Shown here in pieces: positions 11,753-23,463 of a stretch of DNA of 64,000 nucleotides. Numbering within the stretch: position 1 is the first letter of the stretch; each line of letters opens with the position of its first letter. The DNA is from Octopus sinensis (lineage: Eukaryota). The position numbers and the translations under genes were made by a program. The notes beneath the pieces were generated by a model, which saw nothing but the letters and a program-made list of their open reading frames with translations, was not told where the DNA came from and made no database searches. The stretch lies in assembly GCF_006345805.1 (NCBI RefSeq), contig NC_043017.1:13702001-13766000 (forward strand), given 5' to 3'.

Positions 11753-12146
11753 GAGAGAGAGATGTTGAATGGAATGGAAACAAACTAAGAATACAAGACA
11801 ATAGGGTGTGTCTCGATGGAAATTTTAGCAGTTGTTTTCAGCAGATCGAGTAACTAACTATATAGCGGATCCTTTATTGATTCAAAATAAGTTCCAGTCA
11901 AGTACTGAGGAAGATGATTAAATTAACTCCACCCCCTCAGCCAAATTCTTTGGCGTTCTGCCTCTCTTAGAAATTGCTTTTAATTATTTACAATTCTTCT
12001 CACACGAATAAACAACAAGAACAAGAACAGAGAAAAATTTCGTTGTATAGTTTGATTCAAAGAAGTTTACAGTTCAATTCCACGGAGAATTTCTTGAAAT
12101 AGCTTCACTCAGACTCAACAGTATTCTCTCTCTTCAATGCCAGATT

Positions 12147-12545
12147 TACTCTTTCTCTTTTACTCTTTTACTTGTTTCAGTCATTTGACTGCGGCCATGC
12201 TGGAGCACTGCCTTTAGTCGAGCAAATCGACCCCGGGACTTATTCTTTGTAAGCCCGGTCTCTTTTGCCGAACCGCTAGGTGACGGGGACGTAAACACAC
12301 CAGCATCGGTTGTCAAGCAATGCTAGGGGGACAAACACAGACACACAAACATATACACACACTTATATATATATATATATATACATATATACGACAGGCT
12401 TCTTTCAGTTTCCGTCTACCAAATCCACTCACAAGGCATTGGTCGGCCCGCGGCTATAGCAGAAGACACTTGCCCAAGATGCCACGCAGTGGGACTGAAC
12501 CCGGTTGGTTAGCAAGCTACTTACCACACAGCCACTCCTGCGCCT
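12147..12545 (-). mobile_element. SINE family A
   Basis: Matches the family, with small deletions. Confidence 0.85.
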
Positions 12546-13095
12546 GTTCGATCGCTTAACTAATTTTATTTATATTTTTGAACTATTTATTTATATTTGG
12601 AATTATTTTATTTTATATATTTTTGAAATTTTAAGCAGTCTTTTCTCTACGCGATTGGCCAGTTTACGTAAGCTAATCTTTCACAATTTTGCCCACAGAT
12701 CTGCTTTTCCCATTGACCGAGATCGTTCAATTCTCGGCCTCTGATTGGTCGAGTTATGACGTGAAGGGCTTCTCTTTCTCTTTCTCTTTCTCACTTTCGC
12801 TCTTTCACTCTTTCGCTGGTGAACCTATTTTATTCAACATACTGTGATGTCCTACATCAAATCAATCAACAGCATTCATTAAAGAAAACATCAAGATTTA
12901 CTAGCATAAGATAGTTAGAAATATACATACGCCTCAAAATGTTTAGTGTGTGGAGACGGTAATGCAAGTTGCAGTATTACTAGTATTACTGGTTTTATCT
13001 GCGATCTTGCCCAGAAAGTGAAACCACTGAATCCAGCAGAGATCGGCAAACAAAATGAAAGTACAATCATATTAGGTAGCATTCGACTAACAAAA

Positions 13096-13466
13096 TCTCT
13101 CTCTATATAAACGGCAGTTTGTCTGTCTGCGTGTCTGTTAGGTTGTACTCTCACTCTGACCACGGCTTTCAACCGATTCTGATGAAACACACACATAGCC
13201 CAATGTCATAATTCAAAACTAACGCAGCGAAAATTTTGAAAAGTTCCCCCAGTTCTGAAAAAAATCGATAAATTCGACATGGGGTCGAGAATCAGAAACA
13301 CAAACCACAGACTGTCTAGGGGACGCAACTCGACCTTTTTAACTCTCAAAAAAAATTTACTATAATTTTTTCCCCATTTTTTTGCTATTTTTTGGCTATA
13401 ACTCTCTAAAAATGCTTTATAGTTATTTCCCTTAGAAACCCGAGCAACGCCGGGCGATACTGCTAG
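13096..13466 (+). mobile_element. Non-autonomous Helitron (second internal type)
   Basis: a|TC start; cccgagcaacgccgggcgatactgCTAG|t end shared with the 5079 family. Confidence 0.85.
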
Positions 13467-13808
13467 TCGGCAATAAAATGAAACTGGCCTTTGTTTTTTA
13501 ATTTTTTTTTCGAAACTGAAATTTTATTTCGGCACAAGTTACCATCGTGATCGTTATGAAATGGTCCACCGGATTCCAAGGTCGGTGGTATTTCACAAGC
13601 CGTAGATGTGCCTATCTCGAGTCGAAATGCCTATATTTTATTGCACATCTTCATCGCACGGCATACCTACCTACATAAGTGAGCCTCTCCACACCGATTT
13701 TGTTTTATTTCAGTCATTTGACTGTGGCCTGCTGGAGCACCGCCTTGAAGGGTTTTAGTCGAACAAATCGACCCTAGGGCTTGTTTTTTAAAGCTTAATA
13801 CTTTTTCT

Positions 13809-14032
13809 GTCTATCTTTACTACCCACAAGGGGCTAAACACAGAGAGGACAGACAAACGGATCAAGTTGATTACATCGACCCCAGTGCGAAACTGGTACT
13901 TTATTTATCGACCCCGAAAGGATGAAAGGCAAAGTTGACCTCGGCGGAATTTGAACTTAGAACGTAGCGGCAGACGAAATACCGCTAAGCATTTCGCCCG
14001 GCGTGCTAAAGTTTCTGCCAGCTCGCCGCCTT
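13809..14032 (-). mobile_element. Nin-domain SINE (family B) inside an old family A copy
   Basis: Matches the family. Confidence 0.85.
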
Positions 14033-14092
14033 AAATACACCAACACCGGTTATGAAGCAGTAGTGGGGAACAAAGACACACACAGATATGTA

Positions 14093-14300
14093 CCACGGGG
14101 TGCTGAAAAGTTCCTGGCTTTGGGTAAAAGAAACTACAGGAGAGTCAGTTAATTATGATTTTATTGAACATATTCCCCCATCAGATTCACATACTTACTG
14201 CAGTGGCCCTTCGGTTTTTCTAAGCCCTGTAAAAGAACTCGGAAGGTCGAGCCTCCAACCAGGCTTTTCGTGATATCCTTAAAGCCAGGAACTTTTCAGT
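14093..14300. mobile_element. Tc1/mariner-type MITE
   Basis: TIR gctgaaaagttcctggcttt / aaagccaggaacttttcag; related remnant near 47690-47810. Confidence 0.65.
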
Positions 14301-14817
14301 GGGCTTCTTTCAGTTTCCGTCTATCAAATCCACTGGCAAAAGTTTTAGTCGGCCCGAAGGTACAATAAAAGACACTTGCCCAAAGCGTAATGCAGTGGAA
14401 CTGAACCCGGAACCATGTGGTTGGGAAGCAAACTTCTTACCATACAGCCACGCCTTTTCAGAAAAATAGGTATTTTTTAATGAAATTTTCTACCAATAGA
14501 TTACGGTGGTTTAGATTACGATTGTACTGGAATTTAATGTGAATAATTATTATAAATTGGGGAGCGCTCACTCATACATACTGTCCCATATGACGTGTAT
14601 GTCTACAAAAAGAAATTTGAAATTTTGTAGATATATATGTCTTGTATGTTAGTATGTATATATGCGCGGCTTCCTTTTTCTTTTTTACCAATTTTTATTT
14701 CGATATAATCGTAATTTACACCATCTGAAAAGTATCTCTAGAAAATTTCATTGAAAAGAAAATATCTATTTTCTGAAAGCTATGAGGATACAAAATGTCT
14801 GGAGCGCGGGTAACATA

Positions 14818-15095
14818 TATATTTCGTTATTACCCACAAGGGGCTAAATACAGAGAGGACAAACAAGGACAGACAAATGGATTAAGTCGATTACATTGAC
14901 CCCAGTGCGTAACTGGTACTTAATTTATCGACCCCGAAAGGATGAAAGGCAAAGTCGACCTCGGCGGAATTTGAACTCAGAACGTAACGACAGACGAAAT
15001 ACCGCTAAGCATTTCGCCCGACGCGCTAACGTGTCGTCTGCCAGCTCGTGTCGTCTGCCAGCTCGTGTCGTCTGCCAGCTCGTGTCGTCTGCCAG
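14818..15095 (-). mobile_element. Nin-domain SINE with a 17-bp unit amplified ~4x at its 5' end
   Basis: gtgtcgtctgccagctc repeated at 15031-15095. Confidence 0.85.
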
Positions 15096-15549
15096 TATGG
15101 ACCCGTTTTATAACTGACGAGTGGGGCTGCTTACCAAACGACTACCTAACCACAGTCTGCGCTTCGTTGATCCCAACGTAGGATGCAACTGTACTCACAC
15201 CGTAGAAGGAACGGAATAAAATCAAATACAAACATTGCGCCATACATAGGACATCAGGCAATTTCATCAGCGGCAATTTTCTGACGTCATTCTCATTAAC
15301 AGAACACAATTATGCATTTATCCTGCCGTCATTTCATTCACTTAAATTCTAGGAAAGGATAATTTATAAATAAACATCAGATATTATTATCTATCATATT
15401 TATTTTCTTTCAGATTTCATTTTAAAATAATTCGTTTGGACTTTACGAGTATATATAGCGTATAATTAGGTGGCTTACAGATTCATTTCTTTGGCCTCAC
15501 ACATGTACACATTATGCGTATTTGTCTGTCTGTCTCTCTATCTATTTGC

Positions 15550-15645
<96 letters not shown>

Positions 15646-15834
15646 CCGTACGTACGTATATCAAAAATGTTTGTACATACATAGATACATACACACATAT
15701 TTCCAAAAACCGTTTCAAAGGGCTATGATTTCATAGCCCTTTGAAACGTGTTTCCTCTTAAGTCGGTTTGAAAAGCCCGTTAACCACAGCGAATGTTGAT
15801 CATACTCGAGTTAGTAATTGATTTTTTTTTTTTG

Positions 15835-16216
15835 AAGCACTCCGTCGGTTACGACGACGAGGGTTCCGGTTGATCCGAATCAACGGAACAGCCTGCTCGT
15901 GAAATTAACGTGTAAGTGGCTGAGCACTCCACAGACACGTGTACCCTTAACGTAGTTCTCGGGGATATTCAGCGTGACACAAAGAGTGACAAGGCCGGCC
16001 CTTTGAAATACAAGGTACAACAGAAACAGGAAGTAAGAGTGAGAGAAAGTTGTGGTGAAAGAGTACAGCAGGGATCACCACCATCCCCTGCCGGAGCCTC
16101 GTGGAGCTTTAGGTGTTTTCGCTCAATAAACACTCACAACGCCCGGTCTGGGAATCGAAACCGCGATCCTATGACCGCGAGTCCGCTGCCCTAACCACTG
16201 GGCCATTGCGCCTCCA
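15835..16216 (-). mobile_element. tRNA-derived SINE family C (tail 1)
   Basis: Head ggcgcaatggcccagtgg...gtttcgattcc; TSD actcgagttagtaat. Confidence 0.88.
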
Positions 16217-16511
16217 CTCGAGTTAGTAATAAGTTACTTAACTCCGGTAATTATTCACGCTTGGTAAATCCGAGTATCCTTCATAGGAATGCATAGTTTC
16301 CGTAGAGCAAGTAATAGCATTAATATTGGTCAGGAGAACGATATCCACATCTATAATTTTATTAAATTAAGCAGTTATTTACAGCTTAACTTCGAATGGC
16401 AGTAAATACTGTACTCTGAAGAATCTGCATCGACAATAGAACTAAAATATACACCTAACAATGTGCAGTTGATGTTATTGAAACGCGCGTAGTGTCCACG
16501 AAAGAATGCTG

Positions 16512-17014
16512 GGATCTTTTCGGTTTGAACGGCAGTTTTTAACATAATTTCTAGGTAACTAAAAAAATTTTTAACTTCGTATACTGGTAGAATGTGTGGA
16601 TCTTTTCATTTTGAAGGCCAGATTTTCCTAGTTAACTAAAAAATTTGAAACTTTGTATACTGGTAGAATGTGTCAGAATGTGTTTATAAAACATCTTTTT
16701 CTCTTGGCTTCATTGAGAAAATTCTATAGTTTGTAAGATATTTGTGGTTTTTTCTTCTTCAATTTCTGCAATTTCAACCAATCAATGACGTCTATTTAGT
16801 TAAAAAGCATTCTGTGCCGTATGAATATGTCCCTCGTTTAAGAAACAGATTGGGTTTATTTACATACATTTGTGAAGAAAAAAAGATACCCTTCCCCCAC
16901 CCCTAACCCTAAAATAGATTGAAATGCAATAGATCGATTCTAGGGTTATAATTATGGGTGACAGTTTCATATGACACCGCTAGAAAAAAACTGCCGTTCA
17001 AACCGAAAAGATCC
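16512..17014. mobile_element. GG-terminal MITE family 1 with internal partial duplication
   Basis: Same TIRs as 2646-3057; no TSD visible. Confidence 0.8.
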
Positions 17015-17065
17015 TAATAAAATTATAGATGTGGAAAGTCTCAGTCCTCCTGACGATTATTAATA

Positions 17066-17787
17066 CGGGGGTAATTTCAAAAGTAAGGTCTCCAAAGCGC
17101 TGGAGATGCAGGGAAACCGTGCGTGCGGCTATTGGGAACACTGCTGTGTTTGTTGTGCATTGTTGTGTGTAGTTTGGGTTCTAATGGGATAGACAACCAA
17201 TTGAAAACCATTGTTATGTTACGTGTTTATTGACTTTACATGTTACACGGACGACGACATTATATACTTTACACACAGTTGTACTGTTCACTAACAAAAT
17301 AGTGCCAAGAGTGGGATGTTGTTTGGCATAGCAAACACATAGATATGAATGTGTAACATGCATGCGCATGCGTCTGTATCTGCGCGCGCTTCGCTGCCAC
17401 GCTCAGTCTTGGCTTGGCAGTCGTATCTGATGGAGCTCCCGATTGACGCTACCGCCAAGTGTGAAGTTCGCGCAGTTATTCGGTTTTTGAACGCAAAAGG
17501 CATTAAACTTATTGAAATTCATCGCCAATTAACGCAAGTGTATGGCGAGTCGTGCATGGATGTCAAAAACGTCTGCAAGCGGTGTAGGGAGTTTGCAGCT
17601 GGTCGTACTGAAATTCATGACGAAGAAAGAAGCGGGCGACCATCAATTTCCAGTCGCGAAGGTTGAGCAAATCCTGCATGAAAATCGGCGGATCACTCTG
17701 GATGATCTCCGCATGTTGGTTCCTGGGGTTTCCCGAAGCACCATTCATAGGGTTTTGAGTGAAAAGTTGCAATATCAGCAAGTATAG
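17066..17787 (+). pseudogene. Mariner element 5' half (HTH region), frameshifted
   Basis: CEVRAVIRFL..IHRQL..YG..DEERSGRP..RRIT. 5' TIR near 17066. A second 5'-UTR fragment lies inverted at 29340-29525. Confidence 0.85.
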
Positions 17788-18047
17788 ATGCGTAGGATTT
17801 AAATGAAGAGGTGTTCTAGGTTATTCCACAAATTGAGATATATCCCAATCCTCCTTCCCATCAAGAATTATGTATACTCCTTGACTAGAAGCTCCTCAGA
17901 TTTCGGTCTACTTTGCCTATAGGGATAACCAACATTTCTTATCACTAAGTGTTTGAAATACTTTCATCTCCTTCTTGTTTTAGTCGTGACAAGTTCGAGA
18001 AATACTGAACATACTTGCGACATAAATAAGATTTATATATAAGATTT

Positions 18048-18650
18048 GAAGGTGGCAAGCTGGTAGAATTGTCATCATGCCGGGCGAAATGCTAAGTGAT
18101 ATTCGTCTGCCGCTACGTTCTGAGTTCAAATTCCGCTGAGGTCGACTTTGCCTTTCATCCTTTCGGGGTCGATTAAATAAGTACCAGTTACGCACTGGGG
18201 TCGATATAATCGACTTAATCCGTTTGTCTGTCCTTGTTTGTTCCCTCTGTGTTTAACCTCTTGTGGGTAATTAAGAAATAGGTATTTCGTCTGTCTTTAT
18301 GTTCTGTGTTCAAATTCCGCCGAGGTCGACTTTGCCTTTCATCCTTTCGGGGTCGATTAAATAAGTACCAGTTACGCACTGGGATCGATATAATCGACTT
18401 AATCCGTTTGTCTGTCCTTGTTTGTCCCCTCTATGTTTAGCCCCTTGTGGGTAATAAAGAAATAGGTATTTCGTCTGTCTTTACGTTCTGTGTTCAAATT
18501 CCGCCGAGGTCGACTTTGCCTTTCATCCTTTCGGGGTCGATTAAATAAGTACTAGTTACGCACTGGGATCGATATAATCAGCTTAATCCGTTTGTCTGTC
18601 CTTGTTTGTCCCCATCTGTGTTTAGCCCCTTGCGGGCAATAAAGAAATAA
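18048..18650 (+). mobile_element. Nin-SINE head plus three head-to-tail 184-bp units
   Basis: Junction gaaata|ggtatttcgtctg at 18281 and 18465. Confidence 0.9.
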
Positions 18651-18885
18651 TAAAAAAGATTTATAGAGACCAGTCTTGAGTTGAAATTCTAAAATAAAAG
18701 ACCAAGGCATAAAGAACCTAATTTCTTTCCTTTGCAAATTTTGAATGTAAGTCAGCTAAACAAAGCATGATCCTTTATTTATACAGCTACTATTCATTAC
18801 TTTAATGGCATACAGTGTTGGGCTTTGCTGTCGGCTTCAGAAGCTTGAGGGGCACTGGTCAAACAAAGTGTTAAACACTTATAAG

Positions 18886-19058
18886 TGGAGGCGCAATGGC
18901 CCAGTGGTTAGGGCAGCGGACTCGCGGTCATAGGATCGCGGTTTCGATTCCCAGACCGGGCGTTGTGAGTGTTTATTGAGCGAAAACACCTAAAAGTTCC
19001 ACGAGGCTCCGGCAGAGGATGGTGGTGATCCCTGCTGTACTCTTTCACCACAACTTTT
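18886..19058 (+). mobile_element. SINE family C, 3'-truncated
   Basis: Matches head and body of the family. Confidence 0.8.
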
Positions 19059-19088
19059 GGTTTGACCTAAAACTAGAAAGATTAAAGA

Positions 19089-19410
19089 CTCCGCCGGTTA
19101 CGACGACGAGGGTCCCAGCTGATACGATCAACGGAACAGCTTGCTCGTGAAATTAACGTGCAAATGGCTGAGCATTCCACAGACACGTGTACCCTTAACG
19201 TAGTTCTCGGGGATAATCAGCGTGACACAGAGAGTGACAAGGCTGGCCCTTTGAAGTACAAGTACAACTCATTTTTGCCAGCTGAGTGGACTGGAGCAAC
19301 GTGAAATAAAGTGTCTTGCTCAAGGACACAACGCGTCGCCGGGAATCGAACTCACAACCTTACGATCATGAGCCGAATGCCCTAACCACTAAGCCACGCG
19401 CCCTCACACT
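19089..19410 (-). mobile_element. SINE with CORE-like body and family C tail 1
   Basis: gtgtccttgagcaagacacttt core joined to the family C 3' module; older copy at 48395-48722. Confidence 0.75.
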
Positions 19411-20287
19411 AGAAAGATAGAAACTATACAGAAGCCAATCGGGTGGATTGTACCTGTAATTCGAAAGTTATGCCCTTGTCACAACCTGTCGTATGCTGGT
19501 TCTACCGAGAAATCACCTTTAAAGTGCACGTATTTATAGAATAATCAGCCGACTTAACACGCTAAAGTTGATCAGCGAACTGAATCTTCGTCGTTTAACG
19601 ACGGAGATCCACTACCACAAAGTGTCAAGAACTGAGTTTTCTTTTATTGTGAGACATACTTTCACACCACCTTCAAAGTTTTTTCCTGCTACAATACATG
19701 TATAGATTTCGTTGTACAAAACACATCCGGATATTAACAAACAAGACACATTAAATTAGATGTATATAGATTTTGACTTAAATAGTCTTAAGCTTCAGCT
19801 AGCGGTCATCTAATCCCACCGTTGAGTGAGCTAAGAATTAAACTGGTTTGAGAATTATATATATAGGATTTTCCGTCAAATAATGCCTCATTGGGATTAG
19901 AGGAAATTATGAAAATTTTCGCCATTACTTTCGTGCTTTCGTAAAGTAGGAAAGTTGCCAAATTGTGAAAGATATTTTCTGCTGTGTCCTGCGCCTTGAT
20001 AACACGGGGAAACTGCTGACTCCTGACACACTTTTCGCGCGTTATAAAAACACAGAATGCATTTCATACAGACATCTTTTGCGTTACGGAAACATTGCGT
20101 TCCTGAAAAATCTTGCTGTAAACACAGAAACACAGAATTCTGTAACCCAAGTAAATGAAGAATTTATTTTATATTGCATTTAATATGAGTGTGTGTGTAT
20201 GCGTGTGAGTGTCCATGTGTTATACTTAAAGTAGAAGCATCGTTGAAAGCCTGCTAGCATTCATCTCGAGAAAGCATCTCTTATTAA

Positions 20288-20685
20288 CACTTTTACTTGT
20301 TTCAGTCATTTGACTGCGGCCATGCTGGAGCACCGCCTTTAGTCGAGCAAATCGATCCCAGGAATTATTCTTTGTAAGCCTAGTACTTATTCTATCGGTC
20401 TCTTTTACCGAACCGCTAAGTTACGGGGACGTAAACACACCAGCATCGGTTGTCAAATGATGTTGGAGGGACAGACACACAAACACACACACACACACAT
20501 ATATATACATATGCATATATACGACGGGTTTCTTTCAGTTTCCGTCAACCAAATCCACTCACAAGGCTTTGGTCGGCTCGAGGCTATAGTAGAAGACACT
20601 TGCCCAAGGTGCCACGCAGTGGAACTGAACCCGGAATCATGTGGTTAGTAAGCAAGCTTCTTACCACACAGTCACTCCTGCTCCT
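20288..20685 (-). mobile_element. SINE family A
   Basis: Matches the family. Confidence 0.85.
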
Positions 20686-20898
20686 CTTATAGAAGTACAA
20701 TGTTAAAAACACAGAAATCGATCAGTAGCCGAGGAAAATCGCCCAGCAGCCGTGGTAGCATTACCAAATATGTTCGTAATTGTGCTTCGTCTGTGGAAAG
20801 TATCCACGTTAAGAGAAAATCAGTCACTAATCACATCATAAAACAGTGACTGAAAAAGAAAGATGTCAGTAGAAGACGGAAATCGTCCAGTAGAGACA

Positions 20899-21278
20899 TT
20901 GCTAGATACGTATTTCTTTCCCAGACCGGGCGTTGTGAGTGTTTATGAGCGAAAACACCTAAAGCTCCACGAGGCTCCGGCAGGGGATGGTGGTGATCAT
21001 TGCTGTACTCTTTCACCACAACTTTCTCTCTCACTCTTACTTCCTGTTTCTGTTGTACCTGTATTTCAAAGGGCCGGCCTTGTCACTCTTTGTGTCACGC
21101 TGAATATCCCCGAGAACTACGTTAAGGGTACACGTGTCTGTGGAGTGCTCAGCCACTTGCACATTAATTTCACGAGCAGGCTGTTCCGTTGATCGGATCA
21201 ACCGGAACCCTCGTCGTCGTAACCGACGGAGTGCTTCCAGATACGTATTTCTGCTTCTTTGCGCTTCATCAGTAGCAA
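20899..21278 (-). ncRNA. Hammerhead ribozyme motif interrupted by a SINE
   Basis: Removing the SINE and one TSD gives ttgcta-CTGATGA-agcgcaaagaagca-GAAATACGTATC-tagcaa. Confidence 0.55.
20918..21238 (+). mobile_element. SINE family C, 5'-truncated
   Basis: 14-bp TSD agatacgtatttct at 20904-20917 and 21239-21252. Confidence 0.9.
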
Positions 21279-21597
21279 ATATTCAATGGCGACTGCATAC
21301 TGAAACACGTATTTAGTAATGTCACGACCGTGCTGGATGATTTTCGTCTGCTGTTAAGCAGATTTCTTCTTTAGAAATTGAATAATTTTTTTTCTAACAT
21401 CGGTACGAAGCCAGAAATTTGGGGAAAGGAAGTTAGTCGACCAGCTCGACTTCAGTAATTGACTGCTACTTTGTTTTATCAATCCTGAAAGGATAAAAAA
21501 GCACATTTAAGATTTTGTAAATACACTGTAAGAATGCAAATTGGGCGAAATGTTAAAGCTTCCGTTAACTTGCTTTGCAGTATTCGTTCAGTCACAA

Positions 21598-21835
21598 GGC
21601 GGCGAGCTGGCAGAATCGTTAGCACGCCGGGCGAAATACTTAGCGGTATTTCGTCTGCCGTTACGTTCTGAGTTCAAATTCCGCCAAGGTCGACTTTGCC
21701 TTTCATCCTTTCGGGGTCGATAAATTAAGTACCAGTTACGCACTGGGGTCGATACAATCGACTTAATACCTATGTCTGTCCTTGTTTGTCCCCTCTATGT
21801 TTAGCCCCTTGTGGGTAGTAAAGAAATAGGTATTC
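21598..21835 (+). mobile_element. Nin-domain SINE (family B), full length
   Basis: Matches the family. Confidence 0.88.
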
Positions 21836-22886
21836 GTTCTGGGTCTCTAAGTTCAAATACTATTTAGGTCTTCATCATTATCCTTTCGAAGTTTATAAAT
21901 ACAGCATCGGATTCTTCTTCTTCTTCTTCTTCTCCCTCTTTCTTTTTTCTTTCTTTCTTTCTGTCAGTTTGTTGTCAGACCTGAGGAGGAATGGGCTTCA
22001 CCAGATCTTTAAAAACAATTTTAAACGCTGAAGACACATACTACCATGTCATGACGGCGCTGCCCTTACGATTTTGTCTGAGGCTGGGGAGGCTCAAGGG
22101 AGAGCGAATATAATATTTTCCTACATGGATATATTTGAAGAAAGACTATATTCTGCTGTTGGCATTCATCTGCCATGTTTTTTCAATGCTGAATCTACTG
22201 TTGTCTTTTGGTCTTGAACAATTTTGTTCAGGATTCCTTATAATCTGATGTCCTCGTTGTCTTATTATTGCAATTAAACGGTTTTTGATAATGGAGAAAA
22301 TTCTTGCTTTTTCTCATTGTAAATCGATAGATTGTCGTTGTTGTTTCTGATATCGATAAAAAAAATATTAGCAAACATTTTAATATATTTTTATTTATTT
22401 GTTTTAATTAAGCAAAGTGGAATTCATGCAGTTTTAACAAATTAATCCAGTTATTTTCAATCAAATATCGATTGATTACTCGGTTCTATTTGTATTTATC
22501 TGCTTCAGGTTGTTTTTTTAGCCCCCAGGTTAGCTTTGATCGGAAAGGTTTATGATCAAAGGCACAACCATGTAACGACAAAATATTTGGTTAGTTGACA
22601 GAAGATCAAAAATTTGTGAAACACCAAGTTCATAGAATAGTTATTAACCGTTAACAGTAAAACAATCAGCATAATTAAATCTCAGAATGAGATTGAAACA
22701 GTAATCGCTCGATAATGTAAAGTATAGAAGCCATCTTATCATGGCTAACCACATTGGGGAGGGGGTTGTTACTGTAGCTTTATAGCCCCAAGAGATCTTC
22801 GTCTCTAGCTGGCTCTAAACACAATATCTGTGTCTTTGGAGTATTTGCAAAGGGAGGCCATCCCTTCCTCGCAAGCCTGAGTGATA

Positions 22887-22929
22887 CGCTCGAACTAGTT
22901 TCGGGATGTTTGTCCCTCGTCAACGGGCG
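22887..22929 (-). ncRNA. Minimal type-I hammerhead motif, core variant UUGACGA
   Basis: Minus strand: cgcccg-TTGACGA-ggga-caaaca-tccc-GAAA-ctag-TT-cgagcg. Confidence 0.6.
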
Positions 22930-23463
22930 GCAACCACCAGGTAGCGATGAAAGTGAGTAAAACAATCGTTAACAGGAAAAAATACGAAATCAGTTTATGC
23001 ATGCCTGGGCGAAATGCGTGTCAGTAATGGTAACGGGTTGTAGTAATCATCAAATTCCGTGGCCTAGTGAGTTGCTTAAGTTCCTGCAGAAAGTTGGCTT
23101 TAGCTGTATCTCAACCACTACTCAATTACCAGACAAACCATCGATATTGGTCTGTAGGAAGTCTGGAACCATGCGTAACGACAGATCTGTCAAAGAAAAG
23201 GCACCAAAAACAAGATCGCTAATGACATTCCAGTATGTTGTTTATTCCATAAATGGTTAGGTTGTTTACAACAACAGCGACGGTCAACCCAGCTACAGAT
23301 AAAAACAAGTTATTAGTGTGTTTACCAGGAACCTGAATGGTTAGTCGCTTGCAGACAAAATCCCAGACCAAAATCCTGTTAAGTGTTTATAATTATTTTC
23401 CCGTCTGAACAGTAATGTCCTATGTGTCCCTTTTGAAGACAGAAGAATATAATTTGAAGTAAA

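Noticed and set aside
16415-16500. Hammerhead from ctgaaga ... gaaacgcgcgta
   Set aside because: No stem I pairing and no compact stem II. Similarly ctgacga near 15108 lacks GAAA.
18230-18290. Twister-like ribozyme at the SINE array junction
   Set aside because: Only a loose gtcccc..agcccc..gtggg resemblance; I could not build the required stems and pseudoknots.
18048-18650. CRISPR-like array (also 31815-32395 and 52966-53180)
   Set aside because: Whole units repeat, with no unique spacers and no cas genes; eukaryotic SINE/LINE context.
18886-18965. tRNA genes
   Set aside because: A/B boxes are SINE heads continuing into repeat bodies; no convincing cloverleaf. The gtggttagggc resemblance to a pistol ribozyme is just the D-loop region.
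21978-22220. Acceptor followed by ~80 codons with one in-frame TGA
   Set aside because: No recognisable domain or donor; may be a decayed transposon ORF.
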